Shown here in pieces: positions 9,796 to 21,700 of a stretch of 64,000 bases of DNA. Every line of letters begins with the position of its first letter. The stretch's first letter is position 1. The notes below the pieces were generated by a model. The model was not told the origin of the DNA and made no database searches. It saw only the letters and a program-made list of their open reading frames with translations. Origin of the DNA: Torpedo marmorata (lineage: Eukaryota); NCBI GenBank assembly GCA_977017645.1, contig OZ360247.1, positions 15,996,001-16,060,000 of the forward strand, written 5' to 3'. The translations under genes were made by a program, and so were the position numbers.

Positions 9796-12600
9796 TTGGC
9801 ACCAGGAATGACTAGATGGGATTTTTTGGTGGACACTGGTGCAGAAATCAGTTTAGTTCCGCCACGTTTTTCGAGTGGAAGAACAACGCCCAAAGCCTTC
9901 CCTTGCAAGCAGCCAATGGCTCAAAGATCCCCAGTTACGGAACTCGACTGGTGCCGCAGTTTTCAGGTGGAAATGTACCATCGCCTCAGTGGGTCAAGCC
10001 ATCTTAGGAGCAGATTTCCTTCGAGCCAACGAGCTACTGGTCGATTTAAATAGATGCCATCTAGTGAATGTGACAACTTTTCAAGTTTTTCCCCTCACCG
10101 TTCGCCAGTGAACATTTCAGACTTCGGGAGTCCACGCCTTGGACCAGAATGAGTACACCGTGCTGCTCGCCGAGTTCCCTTCATTACTGGCACCAAATTT
10201 CCACGATGTGGAACCGGCACACGGTGTCCAACATTACATCGAAACCAACGGATCACCTGTTTATGCGCGGGCACGGCACCTCCCCCAAGATAAGCTCCTC
10301 CGGGCCAAGGCCAAATTTGCCACCATGGAGGAATTGGGTATTGTCTGCCGTTCAAATAGCCCATAGGCTATTTGAACGGCATATGGTCCCTAAGAGCTCT
10401 GGCGGTTGGCGCCCTTAATGACGTAACAGTGCCAGACAGGTATCCTATACTACATGTGCAGGATTTCGCCGCGCAGCTCCAGGGAGCCAAGATTTTCTCT
10501 AAAGTTGATTTAGTAAAAGGCTATCATCAGATTCCGGTGCACCAAGATGACATCCAAAAGACGGCCATAATTACTCCGTTTGATCTTTTCAAATTTCTTA
10601 GGATGCCATTTGGGCTCAAGAACGCGGCCCAAACATTTCAGCGCCTCATGGATGTGGTAGTACGAGACCTGGAGGGTACGTTCGTCTATTTAGACAATAT
10701 CGTCATTGCCAGCCCAGACGCCAGAACACACAGAGAACATCTACGACACCTGTTTGCCAAGCTACAGACCTTTGGGTTAATCGTTAACCCAGCCAAGTGC
10801 CAGTTTGGTTTGTCCACGATCAATTTCCTTGGACATCGCATCACCAGTAGAGGAGCAACGCCATTACCTAACAAGGTTGAGGCCGTCCGAAGTTTTCCCA
10901 GGCCAATTACTCTTAAGGGATGGTGAACTTTTATCATCGTTTTCTCCCAGGGGCAGCTTCCATCATGCATCCGCTTTTCGACCTTGTCAGGACAGGCGAG
11001 AAGGTACTTAACTGACCTATAGATGCACTCCAAGCTTTCGACGGACCAAAATGGCACTCTCTGAAGCTACCTTCCTGGCCCATCCAGATCCGGACTCCCC
11101 CTTATCCTTGACGACGGACGCCTCCGATAGAGCGGTCGGCGCAGTGTTGCAGCAGTGGGTGGATCATCAGTGGCGGCCACTCGCCTTCTTTAGTAAGCAC
11201 CTCCGGGCACCTGAGCTAAAGTATAGAGCATTCGATTGGGAGTTGCTCATGCTGTACCTAGCTATACGCCATTTTAGGTACATCCTGGAGGGTCGAGTGT
11301 TTACCACATATACAGATCACAAGCCACTTGTGCAAGCACTGGGAAAGATTTCGGATCCATGGTCGGCGAGAAAGCAACGCCACCTCTCCTATATTTCGGA
11401 GTTTACGACGGACATTCGCCACGTGGCAGGGAAGTCCAATGTTGTGGCGGATGCGTTCTCACGACCGACAATCTATGAAGTAACGGGGGGAATTGACGCG
11501 GCCCAACTCGCCAAGGATCAAGCCACGGATGCAGACACACAGACGTACCGCACCGTCATCACCAGTTTACAGGTACAGGCGTTTGCCCCAGACCCTGGTG
11601 GCCCAATACTGCTTTGCGACATGTCAACAGGCCATCCTAGGCCAATTCCTCCTGCGACCTGGAGATGGCGGGTGTTCAACCAAGTTCACGGACTCTCTCA
11701 CCCTTCGATCAGGTCAACGGTTCATCTCGTCTTGGACAGATTCGTATGGCATGGACTTCGGCGTGAGGTTTCACTCTGGGCAAAGACCTGTGTGCAGTGC
11801 CAGCGGAAGACAGATTCGACCATGTCCATGTGGACATTGTAGGACCTCTACCCATCAGTCAGGGAATGAGGTACCTCTTCACCGTGCTCGACCGATTTAC
11901 GTGCTGGCCAGAGGCAGTGCCAATGCCAGCTTGTGACACAGAAACTTGTGTAAGAGCTTTCATTTCTCAGTGGGTCGCCTGTTTTGGCATTCCCTCACAT
12001 ATTACCTCCGACCGGGGAGCTCAATTTACTTCCTCCCTTTTGTCAACTATGTCCAAATTCTGCGGTAGCCAGTTGCATCACACTACCACTTATCACCCCC
12101 AATCTAATGGACTGGTCGAGCGTTTTCACCGCCACTTGAAAGCTGCTCTCAAATTGCGACTACAGGGCCCTAACTGGATGGACGAGCTTCCGTGGGTTTT
12201 GCTGGGTATCCGTACAGCGCTTAAAGGCGGCCTCCCCACCTCGTCGAGGGAAGTGGTTTATGGAGCGCCGCTCTCCATCCCAGGTGACGTCCACTTCAGC
12301 TCCATTGAGCCACAATCAAATACCTTGGATGTTCAGCAGCGTTTGAGGGACCGTACCGCCAACCCATGCCAGCAACCGACCACCACACACGGGACGCCAG
12401 CCTGCCACATACCGGAGGGCCTAAAGACTGTGGACTTTGTCAGGAGGGGACAACCAGGTACCCCTGTGCAGAGCCCGTATGATGGGCCCTTCAAGGTGCT
12501 CAAGAAGGATGGGGTGGTTTTTACATTGGGGGTCAGCAGATATGTTTACCATGGACCGCCTCAAACGAGCTCATTTGGACTTTGCTGAGCCTTTTCCTGC
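9796..12600 (+). pseudogene. Frameshifted pol (PR, RT, RNase H, IN) of the CsRn1-type Gypsy
   Basis: [42 protein letters not shown] (decayed YLDD), TTDASD, TDHKPL, HVDIVGP, SDRGAQF and NGLVERFH, spread over several frames. Confidence 0.88.
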
Positions 12601-13079
12601 TCCATTATTGCGGCCGCACTTCTAAAGACACTGGGCAACACACTGCCAAAAGTGACTGCGATTCTGGGGGGGGGGGGGGCGGGGGGTGGTGGTGTAGCGG
12701 GCCTGTTCGGCTCCACACACAATGGACCGAATCGCCGCGACATGCAGACGGTGCAAGATGGCGCAGGGACTTTCTCCCTGTTGAGGAGAAGCACCAGGAT
12801 TCAAGAACACGTTGCTAGGGGGTGACGCCTTGTTCCTATGTAGCGCGCTGACGTCACATCCGTGACCCAGCGCCCAAGGACAGGAAGTGGGTTGTACCCA
12901 TATAAGTGCGCGCGGTGTTTGAATAAAGTTAATTACTAGTTCACCGACTGTGTGTAGACGGGTCTCTGTTCTTGCAGTGCTGCCGTTAAGCAGACGCTAC
13001 ACAGGCTTGATTTTTTCAATTCTTGCTTTGGTAAGCTTGCAAAATATTTTTCATTTGTGTTTTGTAATTTAACCCCAAC

Positions 13080-13355
13080 ATGCCAAATCAAAAGTGTAAA
13101 TTTCGTGATGAATTCTCTGAAGACTGGATATTTATTAAACAAGGGAAAAGTTGTTTTGAAGCTCTTTGTGGAGTATGCAATTGTTCATTCATTATCAAAA
13201 ATGGCAGGAAGTCGGATATAAAACAGCACATACAAACAACGAAGCACAAGGGATGTCTGCTTTCCTCAACTACAAAAGAAACGGATAAAATAACAAATTT
13301 CTTGATTAAGAGAAATACAGAAGAAGATAAAATAATTAAAAGGTATGGAATTTAA
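13080..13355 (+). pseudogene. N-terminal zinc-finger (BED-like) remnant of the hAT transposase
   Basis: KCKFRDEFSEDWIFIKQ..ALCGVCNCSFII..DIKQHIQTTKH, a CxxC..HxxxxxH pattern typical of hAT N-termini. The catalytic part is missing. Confidence 0.7.
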
Positions 13356-13619
13356 ATACTTATATTTTAGTTGGATAAGAAATGAATATTTTGGTAACAG
13401 GGCCTCGCCTGTGTAAAGTTAACCTGATTAAATTTTTAATTTAATCCAGATGACCGTGTTAGCAATATTTTTAGTATACAAGTTTTTCCCATGTAGTATT
13501 ATGATGCAAATTAGAAATAATTTAAATTTGAACAGGGTGTCCTGTATTTCTATTTGGCAAATCTGGTAACCTCAATCATCAGTCTTGATGAAGGGTTTTG
13601 ACTTGAAAAGTCGACCATC

Positions 13620-14340
13620 CCTTGCCCCCCACCCCTCCCCTTCCCCCCCCACCCTTCCTTCCACCCCTCCCCACCCTTCCTTCCACCCCTCCCCTTCCAC
13701 TCCCCCACCCTTCCACCCCCCCACCCTTCCACCCCCCAACCCTTCCACCCCCCAACCCTTCCACCCCCCCACTCTTCCACCCCCCCACTCTTCCACCCCC
13801 CCACTCTTCCACTCCCCCTCTTCCACCCCCCTTCTTCCACTCCCCCCCCACCCTTCCACTCCCCCCCACCCCACCCTTCCACTCCCCCCCACCCCACCCT
13901 TCCACTCCCCCCCCACCCCACCCTTCCACTCCCCCCACCCTTCCACCCCCCCACCCTTCCACCCCCCCACCCTTCCACCCCCCCACTCTTCCACCCCCCC
14001 TCTTCCACCCCCCTTCTTCCACTCCCCCCCCANNNNNNNNNNNNNNNNNNNNNNNNNNNNNNNNNNNNNNNNNNNNNNNNNNNNNNNNNNNNNNNNNNNN
14101 NNNNNNNNNNNNNNNNNNNNNNNNNNNNNNNNNNNNNNNNNNNNNNNNNNNNNNNNNNNNNNNNNNNNNNCCCCCCCACCCCTCCACTCCCCCCCACCCT
14201 TCCACTTCCCCCCCACCCTTCCACTTCCCCCCCACCCACCCTTCCACTCTTCCCCCCCCACCCTTCCACTCCCCCCCCCCACCCTTCCACTCCCCCCCCC
14301 ACCCCACCCTTCCACTCCCCCCCACTTCCACCCCCCACCC
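13620..14340. repeat. C-rich low-complexity tandem repeat (~CCCTTCCACCCCCCA) containing an assembly gap (N 14033-14170)
   Basis: Seen directly. The Gly/Pro-rich ORFs here are artefacts of the repeat. Confidence 0.95.
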
Positions 14341-14819
14341 TATGTTGCGTTTTATTTTGCCTCAGACCCCAACATCTGCAGTCTCTTGTGCCTCCAAATC
14401 AGCCCGGCGAAGCTTCTCCACACAACCACCACTGCCCGGAGCGGTGTTGACGTGGAGTGATTGGGGCCACCAGAGTCGGGCCCTGGTCCCAGACGGCAGC
14501 ATTTGGTCACCTCCCTCCTCCAGCTGCCGCTTCTCCCTTCACTTGTCCCCCCCCCATCCCTGAAGATTACCGACAAGCGCCGTGAGACGACGCTGTGAAC
14601 GAAGGCGAGGACGAACCTTACCGAATTCAGACGTGGGAATGACACCTTGATGGGAACTGAAAGTGAAAGCACAATTTTTAACATGCAGCTACGCAAAACA
14701 ACCACAACATTAAAGGAGCTGACATTTTAAAAGGAAATAAGGAGAAAAAAAAGACACAAACTTTTCTGCGCTGACCCAGGTTATGTTTTCAATTATTTAA
14801 AAAGTTCCCCCTCCCTTAC

Positions 14820-15010
14820 CCAATGCTGACTGCGTCACAAACCCACCTGCCAGGTTAGGCGGGCTTGTTGCCTCAGGGCACGCTGGGAGTTGCAGTTGCC
14901 GACGTCGCCCTCTCGCCAGCAGCGGCTGCGCAAGCGCAGACCCCTCGGACTACAACACCCAGCAGACTCCGCTGGGGCCGTTCCTCCTTTCGCCGGTTAA
15001 TGGCCAGCTC
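14820..15010. promoter_or_regulatory. CpG-rich promoter and probable non-coding first exon of the SKICH gene, with two divergent ZNF143/Staf (SBS) motifs
   Basis: SBS-like AACTGCAACTCCCAGCGTGCCC on the minus strand (14876-14897) and GACTACAACACCCAGCAGAC on the plus strand (14948-14967). NRF1-like TGCGCAAGCGCA at ~14927-14938. Local CpG enrichment. Minus-strand donors (gtaagg) fall next to 14820 and 14622. Confidence 0.55.
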
Positions 15011-15162
15011 GCGAAATTGAAGGGGTTTATCCCCAAAGCAACATCCATCCGAGACATTAACTGGGACGTGAGCGCAGGAAATAGTGGAGATTGTCAGCAG
15101 GCCGGGCCTTGGCCTCCTTGATGGAGAAAATAACGTGGCAAATCTGTGGAAAGAGGAGCCAG

Positions 15163-18100
15163 TTCAAGTCACCTTTATTTGTCGTTCATTACCATATACA
15201 CAGTAAGACGAGATAGCGTTTCTCCAGGACCATGGGCAGATGTACATAAATATCATAATACAATAAAAAAACTATAACATGCCAATACACATATATATCT
15301 AAAAATTGAGGAGCCTGATGGCTTGGTGGAAAAAACTGTTGCACAATCTGGACGTACGAGCCCGAGTGCTTCGGTACCTCCTTCCAGATGGCAAAAGGGA
15401 AAAAAGTTTACAAAAGGGGTGTGAGAAGTCCTTCACAATGTTATTAACCTTCCTCATGCATCGGGTGTCGTAGATGTCCGTCATGGTGGGAAGAGAGACA
15501 CCAATAATTTTCTCCGCTGACCTCTGCAGGGTCTTTCGGTCCAAGATGGTACAGTTTCCAAACCAAGCGGTGATGCAATTGCTCAGAATGCTCTCAATAC
15601 ATCCCCTGTAGAATTGTAGTAAGGATAGAGGGTGGAAGATGAACTTTCCTCAGCCTTCGCAGGAAGTAAAGGCACTTCTGGGCTTTCTTGGCTATGGAAC
15701 TGGTGTTGAGGGACCAGGTGAGATTCTCCGCCAAGTGCACTCCAAGAAACTTGGTACTCTTTACGACCTCAACAGTAGAGCCGTCCATGGTCAATGCAGA
15801 ATGATCCCCCTGGGCCCTCCTGAAGTCGACAACCAACTCTTTTGTTTTATTTACATTGAGATGCAGGTTGTTGGCTCCACACCATTCCATTAGCGACTGC
15901 ACCTCACCTCTATTTTGTTACAAAATCAAACCAGCAACGACAGAAGACGCAATGCAAAAGGGGTAAAATTGAAATTTATATTTATTAAAGACAATTAAAC
16001 ATATAATTTCACAACAATTAACCCCACTATAAACGTCTATAAACACTATTCTTATCTAAAAGGTGTGTGTGTGTAAAGCCCAGACCATTACAGTCTGTGC
16101 CCAACCCTTATGTAAAAATGGAAAAACTTTCCCCAAAAAACCCCAGGTCAGTCATAAAAACAAGTCAGTCAAATAAAAAATAATACAGTCCACAAAATTC
16201 CACTCTCTAAGTTCAGGTTTCAAATTCAGCTCGGTGTGCTGGTAGAAGTACTTCTGAATGAACGTTGGAGAGAGACAATGACTGTTTATGCTTACAAATA
16301 CTTGGCTTGTTTTTCTTCTCTGATGACGTTACCTTCTTGTGTTTTCATAAGGATTGCGAATTCAGATCAGTATACCACTGATTGAGGCGTGTGCTTGGAT
16401 CTCACAGCTGGTCTCGCTGATCTCACGCCTGTTCTCCACAGAAGTTGCTTTTAACTCAGGATTTCTCTGAGACAGGAGGCCATGTGCTATTCTTCCAGCC
16501 TTTTCTCTGGGATGCACAAGCCTGGATTTGGCTGTGTTCTCTAGCCTTTGCAACTCCCAACTGTCTGCTTTTTGCAGAGGTCTGCACCTGCTTTTGCAAA
16601 AGTGCAACAAAGTATCTTTTCCACAGTCTGTCTCTCTCTGCTCTCTCTCTCTCTCTCTCTCTGGGTACACCAAGTCCTGGGGAAGTTAACTCTTTCAGTA
16701 CCTGGCGCCAGTGTGTACTCCAAAAGACTTCATCCTTCCTGCTGACCGTCCGCAGTCCAAATGGTCAGTCATGGTCCATAACAGTATGCTGACTCCTCGT
16801 TCTTGCTGATAAGGCCTACCATGGTCGAATCATCAACGAACTTGATGATGTGATTCGAGCTGTGTTTTGCTGCACAGTCATGAGTCAGCAGAATGAACAG
16901 CAATGGACTAAGCACACAGCCCTGGGGAGCCCCCGTGCTCAATGTAATGACCTTAGAAGTGCTGTTTCCAATCCGGACTGCCTGAGGTCTTCCCGTCAGG
17001 AAGTCTAGAATCCAATTACAGAGTGTTGTTTAGGCCCAGCCCGCTCAACTTCCCTATCAGGTACTGAGGTATGATCGTGTTGAATGCCGAGCTGAAGTCA
17101 ATAAACAGCATTCAAACATATGCGTCCTTATTTTCCAGGTGGGTGAGGGCAAGCTGGAGGGTGGTATCATCCGTAGAGCGGTTTGATCTATATGCGAACT
17201 GCAGGGGGTCCAGTGAGGGGGGCAGCAGAAGCTTGATGTGCCCCACGACAGGGCGGTAGTCATTGAGGCAGGACACCGTTGACTTCTTCGGCACGGGACG
17301 ATGGTAGCGGCTTTGAAGCACGTTGGAACCACGGCACTGCTCAGGGAGATGTTAAAGATGTCGATGAGAACATCTGCCAGCTGGGCTGCACATCCCCTGA
17401 GCACTCTGCCGGGAATGTTATCTGTACCAGCAGCTTTCCGTGGGTTAACCTTGCTTAACACAGCACCTGATCATTTGGAGGAGGGGTGGTCTTCTTTGCC
17501 ACTACATCATTTTTCACCTCAAAACACACGTAGAAGTTGTTCAGTGCATCTGGGAGGGAGGCATCACCAGCACAGTCAGATGGTGTGGTGTTGTGGTTGG
17601 TGATATCTTGAATGCCCTTCCACATGCGTCGTGTGTCCTTGCTGTCCTGAAAGTGACTCTGAATTCGCTGGGCATGTGCACGCTTTGCCTCCCTGATGGC
17701 CTTAGACAGCTTGGCTCTCACAATATCTAGGGTTACCTTGTCACCCGCACTGAAGGCAGAGTTTCGGCTCCTCAGCAGCACACGCACCTCCGCAGTCATC
17801 CATGGCTTCTGATTAGAGCGAGTAATGATGGTCTTGGGCACAGTGACTTCATCAGTACACTTACTAATGTAGCTAGTCACTGATGCCGTTTACTCCTCCA
17901 GATTGATGCAGTCGCCATCGGTTGCTGCTTCCCTGAACATGTGCCAATCAGTACACTCAAAGCAGTCCTGAAGTGCATGGATGGCACCTGCTGGACAGGT
18001 TTTAATCTGCTTCAGAACTGGTCTGGAGCGTCTGGCGAGCGGTCTGTATGCTGGGGTTAGCATTACAGAGATGTGGTCTGAGTATCCGAGGTGGGGGTGG

Positions 18101-18330
18101 GGCTCCGCCCGATACGCGTCAGAAATGTTCTTAAACACAAGGTCCAACGCGTTTCGCCCCTATCGAAGCAAAGTCCACATACTGATGGAATTTAGGTAGC
18201 CCTGACTTGAGGTTCACCTGGTTGAAATCTCCAGCGATAATCAACAGTCCATCAGGGTGTGCTGTCTGCAGTTCACCTATAGCCCCAAACAGTTCCCAGA
18301 TCGCCTCCTTGGCATTAGCGCTGGGGGGGA
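15163..18330 (-). mobile_element. Long Rex1/Babar LINE fragment (late endonuclease, RT and 3' UTR), interrupted by a solo LTR
   Basis: [61 protein letters not shown] and LPSGRRYRS on the minus strand, with a (TGACT)-type tail. Confidence 0.88.
15916..16783 (-). mobile_element. Solo LTR, copy 1 of an ~850-bp family
   Basis: TGTTA...TAACA termini. Highly similar to 50926-51761 (inverted) and 34586-35458. Interrupts Rex at a GTAT site; the left TSD copy is imperfect. Confidence 0.8.
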
Positions 18331-18779
18331 TGTTGACACCATTCACTGATGTGTCCACAATAACGTTCCCAACCTGCAGAACCCCAGCCACCCGACATCA
18401 ACATAGTTCTCCCAATTCAGTAGACCAGCCGTTGAATATGGGAGGGGGGGTCACAGCACATTTCAGTAAAACTCATCCCATTCCCTTGCTGACATGTCTG
18501 TCCATGGTCTCACGCACTGCCAGACTGATATCACCCACAAATTGGAGGAACAACACCTCATCTTCCGTCTGTGCACCCTCCAAATTCATGGTATTAACAT
18601 CGACCTCCGGTTTCTGTTAAACACTCCCCTCCTTCCCCCATCTCCTTTCCTCTTGCTCTCTCTCTCTCTCTCTCCCCTTTCCCCCTGTCTCCTTTCCTCT
18701 TGCTCTGTCGCTCTCTCTCTTCCCTTTTCCCTCGATCTCCTTTCAAAGAGACAAAATGAATTCTCACCTTTCCTCTTAT

Positions 18780-21700
18780 TGTGGTAAACCACTATAGTAT
18801 GTATATATGTATTGTGGGCTGGGGCAAGTCTGACCATGACCTGTCTGTCTGTCCCGGTGACTCCTCCCCCTTTCCCCTGGAATAAAGGCCTTGAGCCATT
18901 GACTCCACCCACAGTTCCGGGACAGTCCAGCAGGGATCACCAGGTCAAGTGTAGCTTAGCCCTGGCCTGATTTCTGGTATTAAAAGCCTATTGATTTCCT
19001 GCACTTCCTGACACGCGCTAGTCATTGATAGGTACATCAATTTTAATACCAGATCTAAATCTGATGGAGAATTTTCTGAGGCCGGACAAGCTGGACATCG
19101 ACCCCCTGGCCCAAGACGCCGCAAGTGACTTTGAACTCTGGCTACTCTGCTTCGTAGCCTTCCTGAGGTCGACCAGAGCGGTTACCAACGAGAATAAACT
19201 CGACATCCTCATGTCCAGGGTAAGCAAACGGGTGTATGGCACTGTCAGAGACTGTGATACCTATGAGGATGCCTTGGAAGCCCTCCGAAGACTGTACCTG
19301 ACGCCGGTGAACGAAGTTTACGCGAGGCACAGGTTATCGCAACGGCACCAGCGACCCGGAGAGTCGATCTCTGAGTATATCCAGGACGTGCAGCTCCTGG
19401 TGCGGGCGTGCGATTGCCGAGCCCTGACGGCTGAGCAACACGCTGAAATATTGGCAAGGGACACTATCATTATGGGGCTCAGGTCGGTTTACATTCGCCA
19501 GCGATTGCTGGAACACGCCGACCTGACCCTGAGATCTACCGTCCAGACGGCCCTCACGCTGGAGTCGGCGCTCAGGAACGCTGACGCTATGCAGGCGCAG
19601 CCTGCCCCATGGATCGCCCCAACCGCCAGCCCTGCAAGCAACGCGACGGCCGCTGCCGTCTACCGGGACCCGATCGCCGCCGCCGACGCTATCCGTGAGT
19701 TGGCCGCTGCCGCCGCTACCCGGGAGCCCGCCGCCATCCGTGAGTTAACCGCTGCCGCTGTTACCCGGGAGCCCGAGAAGTGTTACTTCTGCGGGCTCGA
19801 CAAACACCCACGTAAGCGCTACCCGGCCCGAGACGCGACTTGTTCTAGCTGCGGCAAGAAAGGCCACTACGCAAAGGCCTGCCGCTCCAAGTCGCGTACG
19901 GGTCCGAGCAGCGCCGCGTGCGAAGTAAGGGAGCGGCCATCTTACCTGTCGTCACTTCCGGCGGTGACCTCGTGCGAGGAATGGAGGTGGCCATCTTGGC
20001 CTTCGGCATTTCCGGTATCGACACTTCCGGCACGGCCATTTTATAGCCTCACCGCGGCACTTCCAGCACTTCCGGCGCCGCCATCTTGTAGCGACACGTG
20101 CGACCTACGGGAGCTGCCATTAGCGTCGGATCAAGACGGCTCGTCGGATCAAGACTTCGTCCCGACCCTGGCATCCGTGACGCTGGATCAAAGCGCGCCC
20201 CATCAGCTGTCCAGATCGATGATGGACATATTAGTTGAGGGGCATAAGACTACCTGCCTGTTCGACACAGGCAGTACTGAAAGTTTTGTTCACCCAGACA
20301 CCGTCCAGCGCTGTGGCCTCACAATTGTACCGGTAAGCCAGAAGGTGGCCATGGCGTCTGGAACTCACACAACAGACATCCGGGGGGGTTGTGTGGCGAA
20401 CATAGTAGTGCAGGGCACGGAATATCGCGGGTTTTCATTGATGGTCATGCCCCATTTGTGTGCTCCTGTATTGCTGGGACTGGACTTCCAAAGCCACCTG
20501 CGAAGCGTCACCATGCACTATGATGGGCCCCACCCTCTGATCGTAGTGACCAACCCCCAGTACTTGAATAATACGCCCCAGACTACCTGTGGTCTCTCCA
20601 CGCTGAAGACCCAACCCCCGCCACTTTTCGCCAACCTGACCCCTGACTGTAAGCCTGTAGCAACTAAAAGTAGGCGATACAGTGCAGGGGACAGGGCATT
20701 CATTAAGGCGGAGGTGCATCGTCTACTGGGGGAAGGGATCATAGCACCCAGTAACAGCCCCTGGAGAGCTCAGGTAGTCGTAGTGAAGAACGGGGCTAAG
20801 AGCCGGATGGTGGTGGACTATAGCCAGACCATTAACGGGTTCACGTAACTGGATGCCTATCCGCTGCCAAGAATCGCGGATATGGTCAACCAGATTGCGC
20901 AGTACAAAATATTTTCCACCATTGACCTAAAATCGGCTTACCACCAGCTTCCGATCCGCCGGGAAGACCGAGCGTACACCGCTTTCGAGGCGGACGGCAG
21001 ATTATTCCATTTTCTGCGCGTCCCCTTCTGGGTAACAAACGGGGTATCTGTGTTTCAACGGGAGATGGACAGGATCATTGACCAGTTCAAACTCACTGCC
21101 ACCTTCCCGTACCTGGACGACATCACCATTTGTGGTCATGATCGCCAGGATCACGATAGGAACCTTCGGAAGTTCCTACAGGCGGCCAAGACGCTGAACC
21201 TCACTTATAACGAGGAGAAATGCGTGTTCGGGACTACCCGACTCGCTATCCTGGGGTGCGTCGTGGAGAACGGGGTGATTGGACCCGACCCCGACCGCAT
21301 GCGCCCCCTGTTGGAACTTCCGATTCCCCTTACCCCCAAAGCCCTTAAACGATGCCTCGGGTTCTTCTCGTATTATGCGCAGTGGGTCCCAAACTACGCG
21401 GACAAAGCCCGACCCCTCGTCAAATCCACCAAGTTTCCCCTAACAGCGGAGGCACGTGAGGCCTTCGACCTCATAAAAGGGGACATCGCCCGAGCAGCGA
21501 TGCACGCGGTGGACGAGTCGGAACCTTTTCAGGTAGAGAGCGACGCATCGGACTTCGCACTGGCTGCTACCTTCAACCAGGCGGGAAGACCGGTAGCGTT
21601 TTTCTCCCGCACACTTCAAGGCCCCGAAATTCGGCACTCCGCGGTAGAGAAAGAGGCCCAGGCCATAGTTGAGGCTGTTCGGCACTGGAGGCACTATCTC

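Larger units (their letters stand above)
8606..13001 (+). mobile_element. Full-length, degenerate Ty3/Gypsy LTR retrotransposon of CsRn1 type
   Basis: LTRs 8606-8916 and 12693-13001 (TGTAGCG...CGCTACA, about 16 substitutions plus one indel). 4-bp TSD CAGG. PBS TGTTGACCCC resembles the tRNA-Trp PBS TGGTGACCCC. A G-rich PPT precedes the 3' LTR. Domain order is gag-PR-RT-RH-IN. Confidence 0.92.
8192..13574 (+). mobile_element. Internally deleted hAT (Blackjack-like) transposon, interrupted by a Gypsy element
   Basis: Imperfect TIRs CAAGGTTGCCAG / CTGGTAACCTCA and perfect 8-bp TSD ATCATCAG (8184-8191, 13575-13582). Subterminal TCCTGTATT repeats occur at both ends. Confidence 0.8.

Noticed and set aside
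13550-14563. Long Gly/Trp- and Pro-rich ORFs (247-313 aa)
   Set aside because: They are translations of a C-rich tandem repeat spanning an N gap.
20846-20848. Programmed stop-codon readthrough between gag and pol
   Set aside because: The stop is inside RT, not at the gag/pol boundary; a C>T nonsense mutation is simpler.
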